DNA of 63,382 nucleotides, counting the filler, from Reticulomyxa filosa (lineage: Eukaryota > Protista > Foraminifera), in NCBI GenBank assembly GCA_000512085.1. It is 16 parts of 16 records of this genome, joined end to end, with 100 filler letters (N's around TTAATTAATTAA, not from the genome) between each part and the next. Parts side by side here need not be neighbours in the genome. Positions count along the whole stretch, not along the records: positions 51,544 to 53,014 come from ASPP01035575.1; positions 53,115 to 58,187 come from ASPP01009001.1; positions 58,288 to 61,838 come from ASPP01022138.1; positions 61,939 to 63,382 come from ASPP01028174.1; 12 more parts are not named here. One strand, written 5' to 3'. The notes under the pieces were generated by a model, which was not told where the DNA came from, did no database searches, and was given only the letters and a program-made list of their open reading frames with translations. Numbering within the stretch: position 1 is the stretch's first letter; each line of letters opens with the position of its first letter. The translations under genes and the position numbers were made by a program. This document shows, one piece after another, positions 51,444 to 63,382 of the stretch.

Positions 51444-53379
51444 NNNNNNNNNNNNNNNNNNNNNNNNNNNNNNNNNNNNNNNNNNNNTTAATTAATTAAN
51501 NNNNNNNNNNNNNNNNNNNNNNNNNNNNNNNNNNNNNNNNNNNCCATTTTCAACTTTGATTCATACTCGGACCACATATCCAAAGGACTCTTTTTTTTTT
51601 TTTTTTTTTGTACGCCTTGTTTGTATTGGCGTTTACTTTATCCTTTGGTAAAGTCACGGATAGCATGAGCGAATGCGACCCAACGCTGTTTTGTCTCTGT
51701 CCCTGTGGTATCCTCTTGCGTTGATCAATTCCAAGTCTTCAAACACGCAACGTACTCCATTATTTGGCCATAGCTACATACCAGACCATAATCTTTCAAC
51801 AGCGCATACATATTGTCATTGTCCATGTGTGGAAATAAGTCATCCAACAAGTGCCAAATTTCATCCAACAGCATTTGCACTTCGCTGCCATTGGGATTGT
51901 GGTTGCTCTTTTTCACTGCATCTAAGACTCCGATGTATTTTTGCAGAGTGGGGGCAATGATGACCGATCAAGACATGACTCTCCCAATAGTTGTGTGATA
52001 CAATAGTTATTGATACACAAGATTTGCAAGACGGCAGCGCATAACTTGGTTATTTGTGGTGCTCTTTCTATGTTGTTTGTACTATTTGTGTCGATTGCTC
52101 GCGTTATGTTCGTCTTGTTCGCAAATACGAGGTGACGAGTTTGTGCAATATCTGTCCTTTCCTTCTTCTTCTTTCTGATTTTCCTCAATATTAAAACATT
52201 CAAAGTGACAAAAGAGATGAACGAGGGCTTTCTATTGTAATTAAGTTTGTTTTATTACCTTTTTCTGATTTGCTTCTCTTCAGCAACATTACTGGGACCT
52301 GGCTGCTGGTTGTTTGGTTGTTATGAAATTTTGGCTGGAAGAGATGTCTCATTGTTGCTTGGATTGTTTCCATCATCCTGTTCAGTTGGAATTGAGAAGG
52401 AGGGATGATGACCCTTTGGTAGTAGTATAAGCATTGACTCTTTTTTTTTTTTTTCTTTCTGATACTTTCGCAGTTGCACTTTCAGTTCCTTCCCCTTGTT
52501 CTTGCGGCGATGCTCATAATTCCTTGTTTCGCTTTGGTCCAGGCATTCAACAATTTTCTCGCACTGGTGTTCTTTCACTTTCTATTATCGCTAGGGTTGG
52601 AAGATTAATCAGCACTAACAGTAGACGGCTCATTAGGACGTTCAGTATTAGCCACTGTTTGGTTACTACTTTTTGTAGCTGTGGAGTCGTTGTTTTGTAG
52701 GGCTGTAGCTGCAGGTACATTGTCACACGTAGTTGCTTGTGCGAAAATGGGATAATCATATCAATAAAATATTTATTTTGATTTTTTTTTTTTAATAACA
52801 ACCTTTGCTGTTTTGTAATTGTGATGGCAGGTAATCAGGCTCGGTTAATTATTATGAAATACACAACTATGAATTATGTGTCTATATTTGAAGCATGTAT
52901 TTTTTTGATATGATTTGCTCGATCGAAAAGTTAAGAGATGAATAGATTGTTAACCAGAGGCAAGTAATCATCTCCAGTAGCAGAATCCGCACCATGAATA
53001 ATAACAATTAACATNNNNNNNNNNNNNNNNNNNNNNNNNNNNNNNNNNNNNNNNNNNNTTAATTAATTAANNNNNNNNNNNNNNNNNNNNNNNNNNNNNN
53101 NNNNNNNNNNNNNNCGATCCGCCTGACCACGCACACGGGCACCTGAAAAAACTGCCAGACCAGGGCGGTAGATAAGATCAAAACGTTAGTCGATAACTAA
53201 TTAGTTAGTTAATAAAAAATTTAGACATACATAGAGATTCGAGAGATACTGAACGTGAAACTTATTTCAAATAAAATATTATAGTAATAGTAATTGCAGA
53301 TACTATATAATAAATAAAAATAAAGAAAAACATAGTTGGAACGAACTGCCTTAGATAATTGTGTTACAAATTAACACAA

Positions 53380-55000
53380 AAAAGTGGATCATTCGGGCAT
53401 AAAACAACTGATGATATAGTATACTGTAAATATGAAATCCATTTAGATGAAAATTATAGCAATCACAATTTAAAATCTCTGAACGAAAAAATGTCGATTA
53501 ATAGGAAATTGATTATAAACAATAGAAGCGCGTATCAATCATAAATAAATAAAAAAGCATCAAATATGTACAATACATAATAGCACAAAATCGACAATTG
53601 ATAGCAATAATTTCGACATAGTCTGCAGAAATGAAAATTAAATTAAAACTAATAAAAAATAAATTATATTAAATTGCAGCATATGTAGTATTTACGCATA
53701 TGCATAGACTATTGAAAATTGAACCAAGCAACTATAAGTGACTATTAATGAAAAAATTGTCAAATAAGAAAATATTTTCCAAATTAGATATAATGTCAAT
53801 AAATCTGCACGTCATAATACGCTAGATAAACTAACACAAAACGGTATTTATCATCTCAAACGGGTTATGCGAACGGAATTTTATGTGATTTAGACTATAG
53901 TGTATATATTGGTAGATTTAGATTGCTTACTGATTTCAACAAATACAAGTGCTATTTACATTATTTTAACGTTTTACAGACTAAAAATGCGAATTCATAC
54001 AGAAAATAGATATCTTTTTTGGGACAGCTAATGTAGACAAATATGATTAAAAAAATATTAAAAATATATAAGCTATAAAATAAAAAGAAATTGGAACAAT
54101 TGCTAGTAATAGTTCAATAGATTGCACGTTTTATTTCTAATATTACAGAATTAACGGCAAAATTATTACAACTACATCAAGAGAATATTATTTGTAAATG
54201 GACTACAATACATGACGAAGCGTTTAAACAATTAAAAAAGACAATTGAAATATAAAGCTGCTACATCATCCAATACAAAATGAGCAATTTATAGTTAAAT
54301 TTGATTCTTCTGACAAATACTACAAATACAAGAATGAAAACTTGTTCCCATCGAATTTGTGTCAAAGAAATTTGACAATTATCAGCTGAACTGACATAAA
54401 TCAGAAAATGAGTTATATTCGGTTATTTATGCAATTCACTATTTATTACTACGTAAATTTACTTGGTGCTATTCGATTTACTTAATAACAAGTAAATAAT
54501 ATATTATCGATTTGTGCAATATTGTTACGTGATTTTTCCTTCAAAGCACGTTATTTTCCAGGACAACCTAATGTTATTGCATACTTCCAGTTAATCATTA
54601 TCAAAATCAAATAACAAAGCATAAATACAAAGAAGGTCATCTTAACGATATTCAAGGCCAAATCGAAAAAGCATTTGAGTTATAACTGAAAATAAGATAT
54701 TTCGACAATTATTCGACGCAAAAATATCAATGACATGACAACAAAATAAAAAATATAGTAACATTTGGCCATAAATGGACAACGACTTAAAAAATTTTGA
54801 ATGTTTTACCTGTCAAGTGACAAAAGGAAGATTCAACACAAAGTTTGGCGAAATTCAACATTTATATTCAACAAGCACATTCTAAATTATAGCTGTTGAC
54901 ATAGTTTGTCCATTACCTGAAACAGAAGATTGTCCGTTACGACAATAATAGATACTATCATAATATATGTTGTAGCAATTCACTGAAACATTACACGTTT
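53380..55000 (+). mobile_element. Decayed Ty3/gypsy LTR-retrotransposon pol (RT-RNaseH-integrase)
   Basis: Hand-translated motifs in order: CIDY*KLNQATISD (53701), FSKLDI (about 53775), KCEFIQKIDIFLG (about 53985), KWTTIHDEAFKQLK (about 54196), LLHHP..QFIVKFDSS, PIEFVSKKF..N*HKSENELYSVIYA, LRDFSFKARYFPGQPNVIA, IIAVDIVCPLPET (about 54886). Many stops and frameshifts. Confidence 0.88.
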
Positions 55001-55675
55001 GACAGCAGATATTTTATAGATAAAACAATTATTCACATCGACTTAACATTCAAGAAAATTCTAAATGCGCAATTAATGAATGTGCGAGATAATGCGAAAA
55101 AAGCGTAGTTATTGTATGACACTGGACGTAAAAGTTTTGAAAACAAGAATCGACATCGTCATTTATTTGATTCATTGTCTCGAAGCTACGAAAAGTAAAC
55201 ACGTTAGCAAAAAAATACACAAAAAAGAAATGATTAGCCAGTAAAATCACGAATACAACGAGACAAACTGTTATAGCCAAATTCGACACTGATAAGTGAA
55301 CAGGTTGCAGCACAACAACAATTATCATGACAAAAAGGTTTAAGAACTCAAAAAATTCATCGACAACTTGCAAAATTTTGTTTCAGTGTTGTATGTAGTG
55401 ACTCCCTCCAAACATTTCAACTTTCTTTTAATTTAATTTCACAAAATTCATTTTCACTTTTCTTAAAAACGTGATTCTCTATAATTGTAAGATGAAAATT
55501 TGAAAGTGCCAAAATAAATCTATCGAATAGACTCAGTCAAAATTTTGTTGCGCTTGGTTTTTGACGACAAGAGCCTTGCCATAAATACAATAATTTTTTC
55601 ACGTGTAAACACAACTGATATAAAAGCAGGACTTCACGTCTTGATTAAAGTAAAATCTTTTTATTGTATAAAAAG

Positions 55676-57144
55676 ATGAGCGATAGCAAGGAAGAGTACA
55701 GTTTGGAAGACGATATACACTTTGAAAGAAAACTTGAAGCTGTGGTTGTGTCAGACGCTGATTCCTCGTACTACAAGAACGCCAACGCAATTGTGGACAC
55801 TGTATTGAATGGACACAGCGAAATGACAAAAGATTACAAAATTTACGGAGCGATATTGTCTGGCTGTGTACAAAAGCAACTTGCCGTTCGTGGTGTGTCT
55901 TGTGGCTATTTAGTATTTTTTTATCATTTAGATGAAAGGGATCTGAACGAAAACGATCTTGCATCACTTGAAATGAGACACTACACAGCTCTTAAGAAGA
56001 TTGAGGCATACATTAGAGAAGCAAAAAAAAAGCGTATTAATGATGACGACGACATTGAAATATTGGGACGTTCGAGATCATTATTGAGAATAAAGTGGAA
56101 AGGGTTGAAATATCACATAGCAATAACGTGGACATTTTCAAAAAGAGAATACTGTTCATTTGATAAAAGCAGTCAAAACAATGGTTATGTATATCCGCTT
56201 TCTCAAATGGGATTGCGGTTCATTGCCAATGATTTGATGACCGAAGCGCAAGCATATGAAAGACATCTGAAAAATGTGCGCCGAGCACATAGACAATGGA
56301 AGACATTTTTCCAAGAGAGCATGAATGCATCATTATCATTACTTCGAGTGTATTACATGAGAGAGGAATTGGTTGGAAAAAACACTCGATTGGCAGTATT
56401 GTTTTTGAGATTATGGCAACATGTTGCAATGAAAGATAAACGACACCTTTCCAACAACTCTTTGGAAATTATTTGCACTTCTTTGTCCAATCAATTGAAA
56501 CTTGCACATCAGTCCAATGCCCCTGTTTTGGCACTTGACATTATCCAACACTTCTTTCAGTTGATTGTGCAATGCAGAAAATGCACCAATAAGCCGACAG
56601 TGATTGCGTGGCCATATGAAAGCAGGTCCACATCTCGCCACATCCAAAAGTGTGAACGAAGAGTTCGTCCTGGACGTGTTGTCGTTTTGGACAATCTGGT
56701 TGCTATGAGTTAAAAAAAAAAAAAAAAAAAAAAAGAGTGGGGGGAAAAAAAAAATATTTTGAGATTAGTATACGTTATAAAATATTGTAAGGGAACTTGG
56801 AAAGAAAATTTAGACAGTGGGAAGATCTATCTGTAGCATGTGATAATTCGTTGGAAATTATCAACAGTGCCAACACAACTCAATTCGTTGAATCGATTTT
56901 GGGTTTCTTCAGTTTGCTTGTTTTTATACTTTTCCTTAAACATTACTTTTTTTTTTTTTTTTTTTTTTGGAAATGTCCAACAGAACCAGCATGTTTCTAC
57001 TCCTACCCAAGAACAACCAATGCCACAAATAATAAAAAGCGACCAAATACACCATCCGAAAAAGATAAAGATACATTTGGCACGGGGATGTTCATGTTAA
57101 ATTGTTATCTTAATAATCCCCACAAAAGAGTCACACTCTTGTGA
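55676..57144 (+). CDS. OAS/DZF-fold nucleotidyltransferase-like protein, predicted catalytically inactive (3 exons, about 434 aa)
   Basis: Exons 55676-56708, 56792-56902 and 56984-57144 join in frame through GT-AG introns of 83 and 81 nt. Motifs: GAILSGCVQKQLAVRGVSCGYLVFF, KYHIAI, SLSLLRVYY..RLAVLFLRLW..LSNNSLEIIC, VVVLDN..RNL..QWEDLS...ESIL. Confidence 0.75.
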
Positions 57145-59849
57145 AAGGACTTTTTACGCTCCGAATATTTTTTACTTGTAATTTGAAATTATTATTTACT
57201 TAATAGATATTGCTGTTATTACTATTGTTTCGCAATTTATTGCGGAAAAACTTGCCGTACAGTTGGATTCTAATGTTCTCTTTTTTTGTGTGTATAAATC
57301 GTTGCTTCTTTGGAATTGTTTTGCTTTTCTTTTTTTTTCACCTTGTGTATTTGATCTTTTGCGATGAACAACGGGCAAATCGTTTGAGGTCTTCACCTAT
57401 TTAAAGAGGCTTCTTTGTAGTAGTGATGGACAAATTATTTTGATTTTTTTTGTTACTTTGACTGACTATTATTCTTCTTTTTACGTTTTTATACGTCACT
57501 CCAAGAAAATTCGCAATAAATTTCTTTAAGTAGTGAACAAAAGTTATTTGTTCATCATACAGATTTTTTGAAGTTTGTGTTTGAGATTAAACTTTCATAT
57601 TGCAAGTGAAATATTACACATTAATGTAAATGATATATCTTTGAGTAACGTAACAAGAAAAAATTTCAAGGTTCAAGATGTTTATTCAATATCTTTCTAT
57701 AAGAATACTGTTCGTGTCATGGCTAATAATGCAGCAAAACTAAAAATAAATTATCACGATTTGTAATGTTTAACTAATACTTCTTTGAAATAAAGAAAAA
57801 AAAAAGACAGACTAAAAAGTTGATCATATTACTAATTACAGCATAATGCCAAAAAAAGTTGGCACCTAAAATGGAAAAAACGAGGCCTAATTTTTTAATT
57901 AAAAGAAAAATATCTACGAATTGTGTAATTTTTAAATATGATCTGGATTTTTATTAAATCTTTCATAATTGTTTGAAAAATTCAATAATTTTTTCATAAA
58001 GATGCTTACTTTTTAAGTTTTTAATAATTTTTTTCAAATTTTTGCTTTTTTCGTTGTTTTTTGACTGCGTTTGTGTATTTTTTTTGGTATTATTAGCTTT
58101 TTTGTTTTACATTTGCAGCATTTATTAAAATTATTGTTTATGTTCTTTTTTATTTTCTAAAATGGTTACAATAGCCAAGATAATGTTNNNNNNNNNNNNN
58201 NNNNNNNNNNNNNNNNNNNNNNNNNNNNNNNTTAATTAATTAANNNNNNNNNNNNNNNNNNNNNNNNNNNNNNNNNNNNNNNNNNNNAAGTATATACTTT
58301 CCAAAAACGTATTCAAAATTTTTTTTTAGACCTATGCATAAAAATGCAACTTTTACAAGAAAAAATTGATTGTGTACGCAATGCAAGAAAAAAAAAACAC
58401 AGCAGATTTCATTTGATGAAGAGTTGCTTGCATATCTCTACAGCATTGTTGGTTTGTGTTCGTATACTCTTAATGCACTTGTTGATCTTAACCAAAAAGT
58501 TCCAATTTTTTTTTTGTCATCTCAAATAAGAATCGAATCGTTAAAGAATGGTTCTTTTGGCTAGATAAATGAACAAAACTAGAATTAATAAATTCTATTT
58601 TACTTTGAAAAAACTTTATTTCTTTAGTTTCGTGTTGTGTGTACTCTGTATTAGATAGAGTAAAAAAAGATATCAAAATAATTGTTTATGTATCCTTTTT
58701 GCAAAAATCTATTCAAATAATTGAATTTGACGTAATTTGCTTTCCAGTTTCACATTTTGTAGTAAGGGTTTTAATCTGCTATCATATAGGATTTGAGAAT
58801 ATGATGTCTTGTCTTTTAGAAAAAAGGAGATAAAACTTTATTAGCAGTGTATAATTTTTGAAGTTCGTGCATACCATCTTTTTTAATTAAAAACAAAAAC
58901 ATACCCTCAATCCAAGAAGAAAAAAGTCACTTTATGGAGACTTTGGAAATCTTTCGACTTTCAAAAGTTGAAATTACTTGATCGTTTATAGAATAGTTTT
59001 TTTTGTTTTGAGAAAACCATTATCTTTATAAAATAAATTAATAAAATTTTTTAATGTTTTTGAAGGCAAAAAAATTAAAAGTATTTTTGCTATAACTTTT
59101 TCATACAATAGAATTTTTTCAACTGAATTTCACCAATGGTATCCTTTGTGGCTTTACATCGTCTCCGACCATTTGCGAGGATTATCATTTTTGTTTCAAT
59201 CACTTTATTGGCAATTCTATTGTTTTTAACAGCCTCAGCTTCAAAAGTAAGTAAAACGAAAATGATAAGTCTCGTAAATGGTCGGAGACAGTGTAAAATC
59301 GCAAAGAATACCTTGTGGTAAAATTCCTGTGAAAAAATTCAATCGTATGAAAAAGTTATGCGAAAATATTTTTAATTTTTTTGCATTCATCAACATTTTC
59401 ATATACCATCTTATATCTAATCATTCTTTTAAGTCAATTTTTTTTTATATTGAAAATTACTAGTCTGGCTGCATTTAAAAAAATATTTGTATTTTTTTTA
59501 AATTTTATTTTAAAGGGGATTTTTAAAAAAAAATTTATCTCTCATCATCCAGATGTCAAAATGAATGTTTTTACTTCCGTTCAAAGTTTGAATGAATTGC
59601 ATGCTTCACTTTTTCAATCTCAATGTGTTATCTGAACGTGAAATCTTCATTTACGGACTTACAAGAACGACCTTGTTATTTTATGATACAATTAAACGAA
59701 TACAACTTTAAAAAAATACACACAACACAAATTTCATAAAATTTTTTTTAAATTTCTGTTTTGTAATTATTTCTTATAAAAAACTTTTCTTTATAAAACA
59801 ATTTTTTTAAAAAGCAAAAACTTCAATGGTACAATATCCATTTCAATGT

Positions 59850-60745
59850 AGAATGTCAAATGATGATTGTTCACGAACAGTTTGTACAAAATATCAGATA
59901 CAAGTGTTTGAACAATTATTGGTTTTTACTATGCCATCCTTGCAACACTCCACAAAAGCCATTGGATCACCGTTAGTTTTTTTTGATAATAATGTCTGTC
60001 ACTGCGACAGTACCTTTTTCAACGATGGCCAGCTGTTGGCCAAGTAGTTGTTCAAGTGTTAGAAAAAATTTGTCATTGCCTTCAATTAGGTGAAGACTAA
60101 CTGACAAGTCAAAATTTTGCATGATTGAATCGCGTTGAAAAAAAGGGAGGCTAAGTGTTGTTGCATAGTTCTGTGTATCTGATACATTATCGAGCGATAT
60201 AATTTTATCGATTTGTTCTTGCATTTGTCGCGAGCACGTTTGCAGATGTTTCAGATGATCCACGAGCATGTTACTCTTTTCTTTTGTATATCGATTTACA
60301 TTGTCCAATGCAATGTTTTTTTTTATTTCTAGTAATCGCACGATAATACTAAAACTGTTCAATTTCTTGTACTGCTTCTGCATTATTATGTTTTAACATG
60401 TCTTTATATCGTCCAAATATTTTTGTTCTTGAAATATGTCCAAGAGCTCTTTTTCTATCCGGTTGATTTGTTCTCGGTAGGAGACACACTTAATGCTTGC
60501 AGGTGGATGGTGAAAACCTGCGGTTTTTGTCCATTTTGCCTCCTTGTCTTTTTCAGTTGACTATCTTACCAATTCTTGAAAGAAATTGAATGTCTGGTCG
60601 TGCCCGTTCATATCTTTGTTGTTTTGATATTTTCCCCAACATTATCGAATGATATTTTGGTTTTGTCTTATCTTCAAAGCGATGTGGCCCGGTGTTGAAT
60701 ATTTTCTCTGATAATAGAGACTCATGTCGTAAATTGCCACTATGG
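59850..60745 (-). pseudogene. Coiled-coil protein remnant (B-box-C-terminal-like helical region) with in-frame stops
   Basis: ORF 59973-60383 extends upstream through TAA/TAG stops with coding-like, heptad-rich sequence. Confidence 0.3.
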
Positions 60746-63382
60746 GAAGGCCTGCAAAAGGGAATCCTAAACTTTTTTGTTTTTCATTTTGAAAGAGCTA
60801 TTATATTTTTCCTTTTTTTAATGAAACTTTTATATTATGAGTTTTGTATCCAAAATTTTTAATAAAACTTGCTTTGTATGAATAATACACTTACGACAAT
60901 TGTTGAAACACAATTGCAAAATATATTAAACATTTTTTTGTATTGTGAACTCAAGTATCAGCTGCATTTTTTTTGATCAAAACTTTTTAAAAACGAATCT
61001 ATCTGTACTAGTAAAATTCTTTTGTTATATTTTTTTAATTACAAGTGTAATATGAAAGTAAGAAAGTTTCTTTGTGCCAAAAGAAGTTTTGGTGAGATAA
61101 GAGCTCAAAATTCCTTTAAATCTTGTCAAAATCGTAGGACATCGTCCTACATAATACAAAAAGTAATCAATTATTTTGATAATATCTTCAACATTTTCGG
61201 ACCAAAAAAATAAATACCTAAATATCTTCAAAAAAAATGAATTAAACTAGGTTTGATATTTAATGATATTTTGTGCTCATTTATTTCTTTGAAGACAAAA
61301 TTAACGTATTTAAATCAACAAAATATAGCTAACGTAATGTAACAAATGATATAAAATTTTTTAGTCCTTTTAAAAAATTATTCATTAGATTTGCATTATA
61401 TTTTTGTATCAAAAATTTAACCAGTATGGTCTTGTCTAAACAAAAAACAACGAAGAAATTGGTAAAAGATAGCACAGAAAGAAATATAACACTGCAAAGG
61501 CGCATATAAATTTAGTTAATTTTTAATTTAATATTTTTTTTGTGGTTCTCTATTGTTATTTAATGTCAAAAAATAATGACTAGTTTTTTTTATTAGCATT
61601 GCATTTTTTGACAACACCAATGAAATAACTGTGTTTCTCATTAACCGAATAATGCTATGTGTCAATTTGTCTATCACATTCCAATATTGCAACTTATTCA
61701 TTTTGTTCATGTGCTGCTTTGCAGTGTTGTATTTAATGATAAAAAAACCAAAATTGTAAAAAAAATAACAATACCTGGGATTAATCAAATATATTTGTAA
61801 TTTATAATTATTAATACAATTTCATCATAAGTCAATTTNNNNNNNNNNNNNNNNNNNNNNNNNNNNNNNNNNNNNNNNNNNNTTAATTAATTAANNNNNN
61901 NNNNNNNNNNNNNNNNNNNNNNNNNNNNNNNNNNNNNNCGTGTGTGATGTGTCGGACGCGAAGACACGGAGAGACTCAGCAGGAGTCTGAGAAGAGCCAG
62001 CAACATACGAACAGCAAGACACATCAAGACGACAGTTGGAAGACAAATGAAAGTACGACACTAATGACCAGAGACAGATGGCACAACAAAAAATTTAGTC
62101 AATGTAATATCCCGCAACATCCTTCTTCATTGGCTCAGCTGGCAGTGTCTCCGCAACTGTCACATCAACTACTAATGTCAGTTGCGATATATCGCAATTC
62201 GTCGGTTGGTTATAGTGCTGGCCAAAACTTACTTATTGCAAAATTGAAATGTGGCTGCGCATGCACTAGAGACAAACCGGGGAAACACCAACGACGATAT
62301 TTTTCAAAAAAAAATAATTATGCATTCGATTATAAAAAAGGTTTGTTTTATATTTGTTTAGTTTTTTCTTTTCATTTAACATGTGATTGTGTGTTATTAT
62401 GATATAAATAGTTTAAAAAAAAAAAAGAAACTGTTAAAAAAAGTTTTATTGTTTGTATATATAATTTTTTTTTGCGTATACTAATGTAATTATGTTTCGC
62501 TTGCATAGAAGTTTTCCATCAGTTAGGTTTTTTTTTATTGGTACGTATCTCCATCATAAAAAAAGATAACGTCAGTGTTGGGTCCAACCTGTGTTCAAAA
62601 TAAAAACTTGAGGTTTGTTCTATGTCTTTTTTTCTTTTTTTTTATACATGCAATTATGTTGTGATTTTATAGACATCATCTGTCCAACAAAAAATTTTTA
62701 TTTATATTTTCCAACTATCCACTCACTGACCAACAATGAAAAACTCGGGGTTGCAGGCACCATGTGTTTAAAACAAAAAATAAAAGTATATCCTACATGT
62801 AAGTGTATTTTTTCTTTTCTTATGATCATGTGATTGTATGTTCGTGATATTATAGGTGTTCTCCCTCCCCCGTTGTATCCAAAAATTTATTTTTATATTT
62901 ATTTTGTTTATTCTACTCCATCAAAAAAATGTCAAAAAAAGTTTGCTTTAATTTTTATAGGGAAAAAAATGATTTTCTTTTTTTTTTTGTCATTTGAAAG
63001 GTAACAACATAACTTTGTTTGTAATTGTATAGATGTCCCGGAAGGCCAGTCAATTCCAGCGTAGTACTTGTTTTTTTTTTATGAAAAAAGTTTATTGGAG
63101 AAAGGGGGACGAAAAAAAGGTGATAAGAAAAAATAATAAATAAGTTGGAAAAATTAAAAAATGAAGGAAAAAGTATTGGAAAAAAAAGTAATTGAAAATT
63201 AGAAAAAAAAAAGAAATAAGAAAAAAGAAAGAATGTTAAAAGAAAAAAAGATAAAAAAGAAAAGAAAAAAAATATTTAAGAAAAATAAAATTAAAAAAAG
63301 AAAAGAAAGAATAAGAAAAAAAAATTCAATTGTTTGTTTTTTTTGTTTGATTATTGGAGCTTTGACTCCAAAATAATAATCG

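Noticed and set aside
55676-56713. OAS/DZF-like gene as an intronless retrogene or bacterial CBASS CD-NTase
   Set aside because: Two in-frame GT-AG introns are present, the catalytic Asp residues are absent and there are no operon-like neighbours.
7080-60745. Stop-codon reassignment or selenocysteine to explain in-frame stops
   Set aside because: All three stop types occur together with frameshifts in decayed genes. The long GCN1 and other intact exons are stop-free under the standard code and end in TGA or TAA.
3791-61938. Recurrent TTAATTAATTAA flanked by N runs, as a CRISPR-like or recombination repeat
   Set aside because: Fixed 44+12+44 layout with stops in all six frames marks an artificial contig joiner.
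1-63382. tRNA, rRNA or CRISPR arrays
   Set aside because: No cloverleaf, conserved rRNA segment or regular repeat-spacer series was recognised by eye.

Overview
This is AT-rich, intron-containing eukaryotic DNA, and it is not one contiguous locus. Sixteen short contigs are joined by 15 identical artificial 100-nt linkers (N44-TTAATTAATTAA-N44), so gene neighbourhood is only meaningful within a contig. The gene families (expanded kelch-plus-caspase-like, TRAF-zinc-finger, XK-like and 7TM proteins), short GT-AG introns with (TA)n/poly-T tracts and many degenerate genes suggest a protist such as the foraminiferan Reticulomyxa filosa; that assignment is inference. Well-supported content: a GCN1 gene broken by two -1 frameshifts (35250-43617); a kelch-acidic-caspase-like gene; a TRAF-type RING/zinc-finger gene; a plant-type LRR ectodomain gene; a membrane-plus-ankyrin gene; a 7TM-like gene; a BEACH-family fragment; an XK-like membrane protein; a CAMK-type kinase with a KA1-like tail; a decayed Ty3/gypsy pol; a TA-flanked Tc1/mariner-type element with about 175-bp TIRs; and dispersed repeats. 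The best candidate for something new is a three-exon gene (55676-57144) for a roughly 434-aa nucleotidyltransferase-fold protein. It mixes OAS-like and DZF (NF90/NF45)-like motifs, has all three catalytic Asp positions replaced, and lies directly downstream of the retrotransposon relic. A family of covarying double-hairpin motifs recurs on unrelated contigs. All homology calls are by-eye motif comparisons; no searches were run.
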